Shown in pieces: positions 10,401 through 21,750 of a stretch of 64,000 nucleotides of DNA. The stretch lies in NCBI GenBank assembly GCA_964057225.1, contig OZ059897.1:10168001-10232000 (forward strand), written 5' to 3'. The translations under genes and the position numbers were made by a program. Origin of the DNA: Auanema rhodensis. Its lineage: Eukaryota > Animalia > Nematoda. Under the pieces are notes generated by a model. The model ran no database searches and was not told the origin of the DNA. It saw only the letters and a program-made list of their open reading frames with translations. Within the stretch, counting starts at the first letter, position 1, and the number at the start of each line of letters is the position of its first letter.

Positions 10401-12950
10401 ATTTAAATACTTATTTAAGTTCTAACAATTTTCGACTTAATCACGTTCAATTAACAGTATTGTTTTCAAAAATAAAGACATCTTTCAATTTCTGGTCATT
10501 GAATTAGAATTTTCATGTTGTCACACAGAAATTGAAGAATCTTAGTTCATTTCAGTAACAATGAACACACTAACTTTGTTAAGTTGTTGTAATATCGGCC
10601 CAAGTAATATAGTGGTTAGTACTCCACGTTGTGGCCGTGGCGACACAGATTCGATTCCTGTCTTGGGCATTTTTTGTTCTGAAATTTAAATGCTATAAAA
10701 TTATTGCTTGTTTGTCATGTTAGATTTCTTTAATTTGAATACTTATTCAAGTTCTAACAATTTTCGATTTAATCACGTTCAATCAACTGTATTGTTTTCA
10801 AAAATAAAGACAAAATTCAATTTCTGTTCATTGAATTAGAATTTTCATGTTGTCACACAGAAATTGAAGAATCTTAGTTCATTTCAGTAACAATGAACAC
10901 ACTAACTCTGTTAAGTTGTTGTAATATCGGCCCAAGTAGTATAGTGGTTAGTACTCCACGTTGTGGCCGTGGCGACACAGGTTCGATTCCTGTCTTGGGC
11001 ATTTTTTGTTTTGAAATTAAAATGCTATAAACATATTGCTTGCTTGTCATGTTAGATTTGTTTAATTCAAATACTTATTTAAGTTCTAACAATTTTCGAT
11101 ATGAACACACTAACTCTGTTAAGTTGTTGTAATATCGGCCCAAGTAGTATAGTGGTTAGTACTCCACGTTGTGGCCGTGGCGACACAGGTTCGATTCCTG
11201 TCTTGGGCATTTTTTGTTTTGAAATTAAAATGCTATAAACATATTGCTTGCTTGTCATGTTAGATTTGTTTAATTTAAATACTTATTTAAGTTCCAACAA
11301 TTTTCGATTAAATCACGTTCAATTAACTGTATTGTTTTCAAAAATAAAGACAAAATTCAATTTCTGTTCATTGAATTAGAATTTTCATGTTGTCACACAG
11401 GAAATGAAAAATCTTAGTTCATTTCAGGAACAATGAACACAATAACTTTGTTTAGTTGTTGAAATATCGGCCCAAGTAGTGTAGTGGTTAGTACTCCACG
11501 TTGTGGCCGTGGCGACACAGGTTCGATTCCTGTCTTGGCCATTTTTTGTTTTGAAATTAAAATGCTATAAACATATTGCTTGCTTGTCATGTTAGATTTG
11601 TTTAATTTAAATACTTATTTAAGTTCCAACAATTTTCGATTAAATCACGTTCAATTAACTGTATTGTTTTCAAAAATAAAGACAAAATTCAATTTCTGTT
11701 CATTGAATTAGAATTTTCATGTTGTCACACAGGAAATGAAGAATCTTTGTTCATTTCAGGAACAATGAACACAATAACTTTGTTTAGTTGTTCAAATATC
11801 GGCCCAAGTAGTGTAGTGGTTAGTACTCCACGTTGTGGCCGTGGCGACACAGGTTCGATTCCTGTCTTGGGCATTTTTTGTTTTGAAATTAAAATGCTAT
11901 AAACATATTGCTTGCTTGTCATGTTAGATTTGTTTAATTCAAATACTTATTTAAGTTCTAACAATTTTCGATTTAATCACGTTCAATCAACTGTATTGTT
12001 TTCAAAAATAAAGACAAAATTCAATTTCTGTTCATTGAATTAGAATTTTCATGTTGTCACACAGAAATTGAAGAATCTTAGTTCAATTCAGTAACAATGA
12101 ACACAATAACTTTGTTTAGTTGTTGTAATATCGGCCCAAGTAGTATAGTGGTTAGTACTCCACGTTGTGGCCGTGGCGACACAGGTTCGATTCCTGTCTT
12201 GGGCATTTTTTGTTTTGAAATTAAAATGCTATAAACATATTGCTTGCTGTCATGTTAGATTTGTTTAATTCAAATACTTATTTAAGTTCTAACAATTTTC
12301 GACTTAATCACGTTCAATTAACAGTATTGTTTTCAAAAATAAAGACATCTTTCAATTTCTGGTCATTGAATTAGAATTTTCATGTTGTCACACAGAAATT
12401 GAAGAATCTTAGTTCATTTCAGTAACAATGAACATACTAACTTTGTTAAGTTGTTGTAATATCGGCCCAAGTAATATAGTGGTTAGTACTCCACGTTGTG
12501 GCCGTGGCGATACAGATTCGATTCCTGTCTTGGGCATTTTTTGTTCTGAAATTTAAATGCTATAAAATTATTGCTTGTTTGTCATGTTAGATTTCTTTAA
12601 TTTGAATACTTATTCAAGTTCTAACAATTTTCGATTTAATCACGTTCAATCAACCGTATTGTTTTCAAAAATAAAGACGAAATTCAATTTCTGTTCATTG
12701 AATTAGAATTTTCATGTTGTCACACAGAAATTGAAGAATCTTAGTTCATTTCAGTAACAATGAACACACTAACTCTGTTAAGTTGTTGTAATATCGGCCC
12801 AAGTAGTATAGTGGTTAGTACTCCACGTTGTGGCCGTGGCGACACAGGTTCGATTCCTGTCTTGGGCATTTTTTGTTCTGAAATTTAAATGCTATAAACA
12901 TATTGCTTGCTTGTCATGTTAGATTTGTTTAATTCAAATACTTATTCAAG

Positions 12951-13331
12951 CGTTACATATTGTTTCTTCCCGTCTTTTCATGGTTGGAAGATATATGTAC
13001 TTCTACCTTGTTCCTTAGGTAGGCAGACCCGAACGCTTCGATTTCCTTATTAAGACAAATACTTAACGAGAAAAGAATTCATTATCAGATAACAAGAAAA
13101 TACAATATAAGAATTACATTAAGAAAGAATATAAAGAGATATAATGAAGTATTAAATAGAGTATATATATAGATGATATAGAGATGAGACTCACATGGCT
13201 ATAAGACAACCTATCTGGGTTAGACCAGAAGCAAGAGTGCCGTGTGTGTCCCATGTTGTAGGCGGGGCTTGTTCAGGCTCCCGCTATTTGAATAGCGCGC
13301 ACATGTTTACCATGTGCTTGCAGATGTGACA
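12951..13331 (-). repeat. 3' LTR (about 381 bp)
   Basis: Starts TGTCACAT right after the PPT; ends ATGTAACG at the array junction; TATA-like run near 13162-13171. No partner LTR to confirm the limits. Confidence 0.7.
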
Positions 13332-13343
13332 TCCCCCCACCTT
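13332..13343 (-). promoter_or_regulatory. Polypurine tract
   Basis: AAGGTGGGGGGA immediately before TG. Confidence 0.8.
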
Positions 13344-13928
13344 AAAGAGTTGAACATCCTCGTTCAAAAACAAAATAAATTAATTCACTTTTTAAGATAG
13401 TTGGATGTTGGAAAAAAAAATCATGGTGTAGTGAATAAAAAAAAATGTATACAATACGATTTGAAAGTTTAGCTATTGTCTCTTCAAGTTTGTTGAATTC
13501 GAAATGTAGTATCGAGTAGATTCTATTCCATTCACTTGAGTAGTGAAATGCTTGCAAACGAGAGCTTTGCTTCTAAACCATTCGACTGTTATATAGTCGT
13601 TCTTTTCTTGAGTTGTACAGGTACGGTGTTACCCTGAGAATAGGTCGAGCCCGTTCTGTACAAAAAAGAATGAAAACTCGTTTAACCCGTATGACTAATG
13701 TCCATAAGGTGAATACAAGTAATGATTGAGCATAAAAAATAGCAAGATTCACAAGAGAATGTTGAAAAAATCTACTCAATGAGAGTTGGAGTAATAAAAC
13801 AAACCCTTGTAAAACAATAGCAGACTTTTCGGAGAAAATCAATCAGCAACAAAGAAGTGTTACAATCAGAAATGGCACAAAATAAAAAAAAATTTCAACA
13901 GTTTGATTTTGTTAAAAAAAAACTACCT

Positions 13929-16900
13929 TCAAGAAATTGTGATAACTGGAATAGATGTTGTCCGTTGGTAAGGTTTGACGAAGTCTTTGTGTACTCTTCT
14001 GCTTTTTCCTTTATCTGTTTGAACCACGACGAAAGATCTTTGAACTGCTGTAACTAAATAAGGCCCTTCGAATGAAGGTGTTAGTTTGTTTCGAGTAGAA
14101 TTCACTTTTATCATAACTAAGTCATTAACCTGAATTTCTTTATTTTGTGTTCTATTTCGTGTATTGTACCGTTGTTCATTCTTCTTTGTGCATGTTTCAA
14201 TTCTATCTTTTACTATATTAGATGTGCTTTCATTTTGTATTAGCGATCTATTGACAAAATCTTCTGTAGGATTGGCTGGTTCTTCAGTTTGAAGATTATT
14301 TCCAGGCAATTGATGGTCAATAGGAAGTCTTGCATCCCGACCAAATAATACAACATATGGACTAATAGATGTTGATGAGTTTGGTAACGTATTGATCGCA
14401 AACATAACTTTAGGTAGGTGTATATCCCAGTTAGTTTGTTGTTCATTCACGAATGAAGAGAGAGCTTCTTCTAAAGTTCTATGAAGTCTCTCCACTTGTC
14501 CATTAGCATTTTTATGATATGGTAGCGTAGTAGTGTGTTCAATTCCAAATTGTTTACACATAGCTTGAAATTCAGATGACAAAAAGCTACTACCATTATC
14601 GGTTATCATACTCATTGGTGGTCCATATATGAAAACAAATCTAATTACAAACGCTTTTGTGATTTCAGTAGCCGTTTGTGTTATTAATGGGCAAGTTGTT
14701 CCCCATTTACTAAAAGCGTCTTGAATACTCAAGATGTATCGATGTCCATCATTAGTGCGAGGTAAAGGACCTAGTATATCTACATGAATACGATCAAATG
14801 GCTTTTCGGGTATAACAAATCTTCCCATAGGTTGAATATACGATTGGTGTGGGTTAGATTTCCTACTTGCACATTTTGTACAACGATTAATAAATTCAGT
14901 TATTTGTGGAACCATATTAGTCCAAAAGAATCGTCGTCGAATCGCATCAGTAGTTTTATTTATACCTAGGTGTGCACCAATTTTGGAATCTTCGTGAAAA
15001 AACTTGATGACAACATCAGTTATTTTGTCGTTTCGAGGCAAAATAATAGATGGTTTTAAATAATTTTTCGCTTGTTTTGCATGTAATATGCCTTCTCGTT
15101 CTTCATACCGGTCTGATATATTAGCCGGACAGTTATCATTATTAATTTGAGAAAGTGCTTCGCGAATCCAGGGAACTCCAGCTTGAACTTTCCGTATTTC
15201 TTCACAATTTAGTTGGTCAATAGAAGAAATAGTTGTAATATGAGCAATAAAAGCATCAACAGGTTTTACTTTGTCCTTTGGTTTAGTAGGACGACTGTCA
15301 TTTGCTTCGTTTTCTATATACTTGGAGAGAGCATCACAGACACTGTTTAATTTGCCAGGACGATATTCAATCTTTATGTTGAAATCTTGTGTCATTAGTT
15401 GATACTTGGCTAATCTACCTATGAGATCTTTACGCGACATTAAACTGGTTAATGGTCGGTGATCTGTGATAACTGTGGTAGGTACTTCTAATACATAGGT
15501 ACGGAATTGTTGAAGAGCAAAGACTAAACCGAGTGCTTCAACTTCAATAGGAGGATATTTCCGTTCCGCTGGAGTCAACTTTCTACTAGCGAACGCAATC
15601 GGGTGTAATGGAGAATTTTTCTCTGCTGATTGCAATAAAACTGCTCCCACAGCGATCATACTGCCATCACTTTCTATAACAAAAGGTTGGTCTGCTTTAG
15701 GAGGTTTCAGTACAGGGGCAGTACACAGTAATGTTTTTAAAGTTTTAAATGCGTCTGCATGTTCCGATTTCCACTCAAAAGGAGTATCCTTATGTGTTAA
15801 CTTATACAATGGCTCAGCTATTCCGGCATAATTTTGAATAAACCGTCGAAAATAGTTAGTCATACCTAGAAAGGATCTGACAGCCGTAACTGTGCTTGGA
15901 TTTGGAAATTCGGAAACAGCCTGTATTTTAGCAGGATCTGGTTTAACACCATTTCTACCTATTATAAAACCCAAAAACTTTACTTCAGTGGCTGCAAAGC
16001 AACATTTAGATAACTTAATTTTTAACCCTAGTTCAGTGACCTTTTTCAGCACTTCTTGTATATCTCTTAAATGTTCTTCAGCTGAGTTCGAAATTATTAG
16101 CAAATCATCTAGATATACAAACAGTTTGCATCTAACAAGAGATTGCAAGTATCGTACTGCGGATTGAAAAGTGTGTGGCGCTCCACAGAATCCCATAGGC
16201 ATTCGGCAATACTGATAGGTACCTGATGGAGTGGTAAAAGCAGTTAGGTATCTATCTGAGCGTTTCAACGGTATTTGGAAGAAACCAGAAATGAGATCAA
16301 AATTCGAAAAGAACTGAGCTCCAGCCGCTAAGTCTATGATATCAGGAATGTGTGGGATGCTGTATGTTTATTTCTTAGTAACACTATTCAATGCTCTAAA
16401 GTCAGTAACGAACCGGAAAGAATTATCTTTCTTTTTCACAAGAACAACTGGACTAGTGAAAGTAGCCGTCGAATTTTCGATTATACCTTGCGACAACATT
16501 TCTTTCACTTGCCGTTCTACTTCTTCTTGCTTACCCAATGGTACTCTGTAAGATCTACTTTTTGGAAAATCCATATCAGATCTTATAGGAATGGCATGTT
16601 CAACTGGTCCGCAAAAGAGACCAATATTATGATCATGGTTGAAAAATGCCGTTTGGTTTTCCTTAATGATTGTGATCAGATTTTTCTTCATTTTATGGGA
16701 CAGAGTGCAAGAATTGAAGTTCAAATCATCCAAAAGATGCTGAGGAAAAGTTGGTAACTTATCTTCCCAATCAGCTTCAGGTGGAACATAATCGTTCATA
16801 ATTTCTTTAGATGCTATAAGTCCTGAACCAATGTGGTCATTTTTATTAATTTTAATTGGCTTTGAAGAATTGTTTGATACTACCATAGTAATAGGAAAAG

Positions 16901-18070
16901 GTCCTATGGCGGCATCTGGAATTGAGATAGGACCTATGCTAGATTTTAAAAGAGCATATTGATCAAAATCTAATTCTGGTCCTGTTTGCAAAGATATGTG
17001 GGAGGTACTATGTGGTGGAACTGTTACTGTGGACAAACTTATGATATTTACTGTTTTAGTTGTGGTTTTATATGCAAAACAACCAGGTTTTACTAAGGGT
17101 GTTTCCATATTACCAACAATCAACTTTCCTTTACATAGTTTTAATGTAGTAAATATCTCTCTTTCTTCCAACGTACGCATAAAATCAGTACCAAGTAACA
17201 TTTGTCCTGGACAGTCATTGTCTTCAGATATTAAAAATTCGTGTTCCACTTGGTAACCTGCTATACCCACATCTAACTTGCATTTTCCCACAAAGCGAAA
17301 CTCTGATCCATTTGCAGTGGATGCAGATTTAGAATATTTTGTAAAATATTGTCTTCCAATATATGCCAATGTGGAGAACGGAATATATGAGACCGTAGCT
17401 CCAGAATCCCATAATGCTAACAGTCCTCTACCTTCAATGTCAATATGAACAAACGGTAACATGTGTCCATTTTTCTTTGCTGTTGTGTGACATACAAAAG
17501 GTATGGCTAAAGGAATGTAAGTTATGATGGTGGGAAAATAGCTCCGCATCAATTCATCACTAACTGTTTCATGAATCTCATCTCCCTCAAGTGGTGGAGC
17601 TGTTGGGCTCAACATGATATGGATTATTTTTAACATAGAAGTAGGGGAGAGATAACATTTTATAGTGAAATATAATGCTATCATTAGACATAATATCAGA
17701 GTTATACAACCGATGGTAATGAGTGTTCGTTCAATTGAACCTATACAAAAGTCAATGAACAGATCCCAATTGGAGAAAACAATTTTCCTGGCATCTCTTA
17801 TAAGTTTACTTCCTTTGAAGATGAAAGAGGAAATTTGAGGCCAATCACGTGAACGAGAAATTACGCGGAGAAGATCATGGTGAGGTGAAGTAGATAAATT
17901 ATAACCATAAGTTAATCCAATAGATAGGGCTAAGGATTTTTCAGTCGAATTTTCATTTTTTTTCAGTCGAATTTTCATTTTCATTTTCGTGAATCGAAGT
18001 TTACTCAATTCAGCATAATGATCATGTTTTTCTGAATGAATACTATCTACTTTATGTGTGTCACCTTTCT
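13929..18070 (-). pseudogene. pol: Env C-terminus/TM + protease + RT + RNase H + integrase in one frame, broken by TAA at 16368-16370
   Basis: TM TLITIGCITLILCLMIALYFTI, PTAPP, LWDSGA, SPVVLVKKKD, YLDD, ESDGS/TDHRPL, HHCC, HVDILGP/TDNGS/VERLH, GPY; frame continues TYSIPHIPDIID...FDLISGFFQIP past the stop. Confidence 0.93.
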
Positions 18071-21000
18071 GCTACATACAACTCTCGACCTCTCTCGTAC
18101 GCATTAGGGGAAGGAGTTGTTAAACTACGAATTGTAGTTTTGGTGGAAGTTATTGGGGTTACAGTAGTATGCTGTACCATATTTTTATCAGTTGTGATTT
18201 GAGTTTTAACCCAACTTATGAATTCTAAAACTTCTGTTTTATTGAATTTAGGATTTTCCTGTGGGTATTCGATGGACTGTGGAGGAAATCCATAATATGC
18301 TGTACTATTCTTTGTATAAAGGTTGTGATAGTCAGGCAGCTTGGATATAATTGCTAAATCTTGCTCTTGGTTGTTTCTAACAGTAGCATCAGCTTTTTGT
18401 TGTCGACTGACTTGCATGTCACGAGATATTTGTTCTTTTCCCGATTGTTGTTGGATCATGAATAACATGCCTTGAGCAGTTGCAATAATTTCAGATGGAT
18501 TCATATTTCCACTGCGTGGTAATATAGATGGATATAAGGCTCTTGCCAACTGTTCGATTGATGGAACTGTTTGTGTACCATCAAGAATTGTGGCTTGATA
18601 TACTACTGCGTGAGCCATTCCTCGAAAGAAATCTTCTATGGATGTTGTAGATTTCATCAAAGATCTTTTTAACCGAGGAACTTCTATACGACGAGCTACT
18701 TGAGTGATAAGGTCATCCAATTTCATGCTATTAATCACCTGTCTAGTAGCCAGTTTAATTTCCTCTATACCCATACATTGTAAAATCAAAAGATTGGGAT
18801 CTTTGAAATTATTAGACTTTGCCCAGTTAGTTATGTGATCTTTTGTCAATCCTAAACTAACAATTGTGTCAATGAACAGTGGATTATCTATCGCGAATTG
18901 GAGCAAACTTTCATAAGATGATGTAGCTGCATATCTCATATATTTTGCGTAAAACTTAGTGATAGATGCAGATCCAAAAATGAAAGTAGGTCTTAGAAAT
19001 GGAAACGCATATGGTTGGGATTTCGCATTAACAAAAAGATAATCATCACTGAAAGAGCGATGTTTTTGAGGTAATGCATTACGTTTATTTCTGCGTCTAT
19101 CAGCATTAAGCAAAGTATTGGAAAGATCAAGCAAATTATAAACACGGGGATATGCTGTGAATCGGATAATTGCCTCAGAAGATGATTCAAAAACAGCGAA
19201 TTCAAAACAAGATTGAACGTGAGCGGATGTGGAATGATTTTGGAGAACAAAAGCGCTTTCAATAGAGTGAACTAGAAGAATATGATCACCCAACATGGCG
19301 GAGAAGGGGCCAAGTTTTTGATAGTGACAGACAACTGATGGGATAGGTGGTTGCCAGATAACTGCACCTTCACCAGTTGCACAAAACCCTTCATTTCCTT
19401 TACAATTATCAGTATTTATAAATAAGTCTGATACAATGTGATCTTCTTTCAATCTAGTTATTATCCCTCGCTTCAATACAAATTGTTCAATTTCTACACA
19501 TTCTTCAGTGGACCAAGAGCGAGTTGGATTATGCTCGTTTAATGGTGTTTCAAAAACTGAATGCTGTTGGGCATTCATGATTTTATCATTCCACATACGA
19601 TTTCTATGTGCTCGAACACAATCTTTCTTATCTACTGTTTCAATATGAGAGAATGTGGTGTTACGATCTCTCAAAAACATGAAATCTCTCACACAGCTTT
19701 TATACTTTTTCACATAGCATTTCCATGCTTCCCATGACTCTATCTCAGCCTTTGGTAGATATATTTCTACCTCAACACTGTGAGCCTTTCCAATTTCTGC
19801 CTTATGGCAGCCTGTGACCACAGGAGGTGTTACTAATATACCCCCTTCAGATTGAGCGCAAATCTGATATTTTGCCGACCCAAAGGGAAGGCATGAGAGT
19901 GCCAATAAAGTCAGGCACAACGTGACCGGTGGCATGAATGGGGTCGCTACGCTGTATACCCTTGAGTTACCATTCCCATTGGCTGATGGTCTTTGTCTTC
20001 TTGGGGAACTAGGTCTAGGGTTCCAAGACGAGCTATTGGCATTTCTGCCATTGGCAAATGGGCGGTTTCCCGGGTTAGGACGCCTATTCATATTCCCGTT
20101 TTGCGAGTTATTATTATTATAACGTACGGCAGAAGGTCGCTCTCTCTCTCGCTCATAATCATTAGAGCCATTATTGTGCTGAGCCCAGTTATTATTTTTT
20201 TTATTTTTTTTATTATTTTTATAATTTTTATTATTATTATTATTCCTACTTCTTTCTCTTTCTTCACTAAAGCTTAATTTATGCTGTAAAGCATTTATGA
20301 GCTCCTTCAAGGTGCTGGTGTCTTCATTTCTTTTCATGAAGCTATTTCGAACGCCTTCTTCAAACCTAGCTAATTTCTTAGCTTGTTCATAAGTGGCGGG
20401 GTTTTTAGTTAAAACCGCAATACCCAGTTCCTCTTTTAAACCATTTAAAAATGCCGTTTTCAACATTGGTTCCCGCTCGGGATCCATTGGTGACATTATG
20501 GTGCTTGCCATTCTCTCTAATTCCATACTAAAATCAAGAACAGATTTATCTCCTTGTTGTACTTGATGAATAAGCGCTATGGTGAAATTTTTATCTGTTT
20601 TAGGCGCTAAAAGCTCAGTGAGCTGATCCATCAAAACAATCCATGGGCCATTAGTTCTTATGCCACTAGGAATACTATTATACAAGGAGAGAGCTGTTTC
20701 ATTTGATTCCAAAAGAAGAGGCAAAATTAATAGTCTCTCAGGTAAGCTTAGATTCATAACATTAAAAAATCTGTTTAAAGATTCAACAAAAGAACGAAAG
20801 CTACGAGAGCCGTCATACCTGGGACAGAGATGGCAATTCAAAATAGTTGCCATATTTCTAGAGGGTGGAGCAACATTAGAATTAGGAGATGGAGAGGTAG
20901 GAGTCATTTTTCTTTCAAAAGCTTTAGTTATAGCAGCGGCCCACCGACTTGGTGATCTATTTCGTACTGTAGTAGGTGCCCGAGGTGTTTCCTCAGTGAT

Positions 21001-21081
21001 GGCCCTTCTGCTTTTACTTCTCGTTCTAATTGTTAGAGAAGAAGAATGAGAAGAAGAAGAGGAATCACCTTCTTCTCTCAA
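18061..21081 (-). CDS. gag: Gag fused in frame to an env-like glycoprotein ectodomain (first ATG at 20907)
   Basis: Retrotransposon capsid-like motifs (CPRYDG, QQGDKSVLDFSMELERMA, AFLNGL), Asn-rich linker, hydrophobic signal-like segment from 19935, Cys-rich domain, furin-type RRRNKR at 19081-19098. Confidence 0.85.
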   Translation of the reverse strand: MREEGDSSSSSHSSSLTIRTRSKSRRAITEETPRAPTTVRNRSPSRWAAAITKAFERKMTPTSPSPNSNVAPPSRNMATILNCHLCPRYDGSRSFRSFVESLNRFFNVMNLSLPERLLILPLLLESNETALSLYNSIPSGIRTNGPWIVLMDQLTELLAPKTDKNFTIALIHQVQQGDKSVLDFSMELERMASTIMSPMDPEREPMLKTAFLNGLKEELGIAVLTKNPATYEQAKKLARFEEGVRNSFMKRNEDTSTLKELINALQHKLSFSEERERSRNNNNNKNYKNNKKNKKNNNWAQHNNGSNDYERERERPSAVRYNNNNSQNGNMNRRPNPGNRPFANGRNANSSSWNPRPSSPRRQRPSANGNGNSRVYSVATPFMPPVTLCLTLLALSCLPFGSAKYQICAQSEGGILVTPPVVTGCHKAEIGKAHSVEVEIYLPKAEIESWEAWKCYVKKYKSCVRDFMFLRDRNTTFSHIETVDKKDCVRAHRNRMWNDKIMNAQQHSVFETPLNEHNPTRSWSTEECVEIEQFVLKRGIITRLKEDHIVSDLFINTDNCKGNEGFCATGEGAVIWQPPIPSVVCHYQKLGPFSAMLGDHILLVHSIESAFVLQNHSTSAHVQSCFEFAVFESSSEAIIRFTAYPRVYNLLDLSNTLLNADRRRNKRNALPQKHRSFSDDYLFVNAKSQPYAFPFLRPTFIFGSASITKFYAKYMRYAATSSYESLLQFAIDNPLFIDTIVSLGLTKDHITNWAKSNNFKDPNLLILQCMGIEEIKLATRQVINSMKLDDLITQVARRIEVPRLKRSLMKSTTSIEDFFRGMAHAVVYQATILDGTQTVPSIEQLARALYPSILPRSGNMNPSEIIATAQGMLFMIQQQSGKEQISRDMQVSRQQKADATVRNNQEQDLAIISKLPDYHNLYTKNSTAYYGFPPQSIEYPQENPKFNKTEVLEFISWVKTQITTDKNMVQHTTVTPITSTKTTIRSLTTPSPNAYERGRELYVAER

Positions 21082-21344
21082 AAATTCAAAAGGAGAGAGG
21101 TAGGTGGATGGAGTATTTAAGTTTTTAGAATTAAATTCAAAAACTTGGCGTACCTCTGGTGATCCTTGTTCCTGATCTTTGTTTTCCTCGCTGATGTCCG
21201 AGTCCGACAGGGTGGCTGGTGAATACAGTTAGATGAATATAAGAGAGCGTACTGGAAGCAACTAGACTCCAGTAAAAACGTTTGTGAGAATGGCGTCTGA
21301 TGAAGGAGGATCGTTGAAGCTTCAAGCTCCGCCTCCAGCCATGT

Positions 21345-21356
21345 GTCACGACACCA
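21345..21356 (-). promoter_or_regulatory. Primer binding site TGGTGTCGTGAC
   Basis: ...AACA-TC-TGG arrangement upstream of gag. Confidence 0.7.
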
Positions 21357-21750
21357 GATGTTAGCGCTTATGGTAAACAACCATTGACCGTCTGTCGTGA
21401 TATTTGAATATTATAATCACTAATGTCAGCTTAGAGACAAATAAGGAATCACAGATGGTGCCTTAAGCCTGTTTGAAAACTTTTGAATTTTAACAGCTGT
21501 TATTGACTACACATGTCAAACAGCTGGTACGCATGGGCCAACTATTTGAATGTGAGTAAGCTTAAAGTAAACAAAAATGTCTTATCTCGTATATTAAGTT
21601 CAATTTTATAAAGTTTATTAAGATTTGTAGAAAGAATTTCAAAAAAAATCTTAATTAAGATAATTTTTAATTTAATTTCCAAAGATTTAGAAGGTAATTT
21701 AAGATTGATATAGGAGTTTAAATTCAGTAATCTGTCAGTAATATAGGAAA

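Larger units (their letters stand above)
4419..12950 (+). repeat. Tandem tRNA-His(GTG) array, 30 copies, 207-208 and 331-332 bp units, 2820-bp 10-mer higher-order repeat
   Basis: tRNA starts at 4419, 4627, 4958, 5290 ... 12797; the pattern restarts at 4419, 7239 and 10059. Confidence 0.97.
12951..21360 (-). mobile_element. Ty3/Gypsy LTR retroelement with env-like gene, defective
   Basis: PBS, gag, glycoprotein-like region, PR-RT-RH-IN order, PPT, 3' LTR; one frame break and one nonsense codon; no matching 5' LTR. Confidence 0.93.

Noticed and set aside
11725-11922. Short ORFs within the arrays (also 24471-24653, 62926-63108, 21542-21781)
   Set aside because: Chance open frames in satellite variants; neighbouring units have stops
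4419-12950. tRNA-derived SINE array
   Set aside because: Complete cloverleaf with immediate T6 terminator; no tail, poly(A) or TSDs
13342-13842. Small hydrophobic ORFs 3' of integrase as env
   Set aside because: Under 90 aa, T-rich composition, no ectodomain
16368-16370. TAA as programmed readthrough
   Set aside because: It lies inside the RT domain, not at a gag-pol boundary; a nonsense mutation (e.g. CAA to TAA) is simpler
13857-21049. Antisense and alternate-frame ORFs over gag/pol and Tc1
   Set aside because: Shadow frames with no motifs
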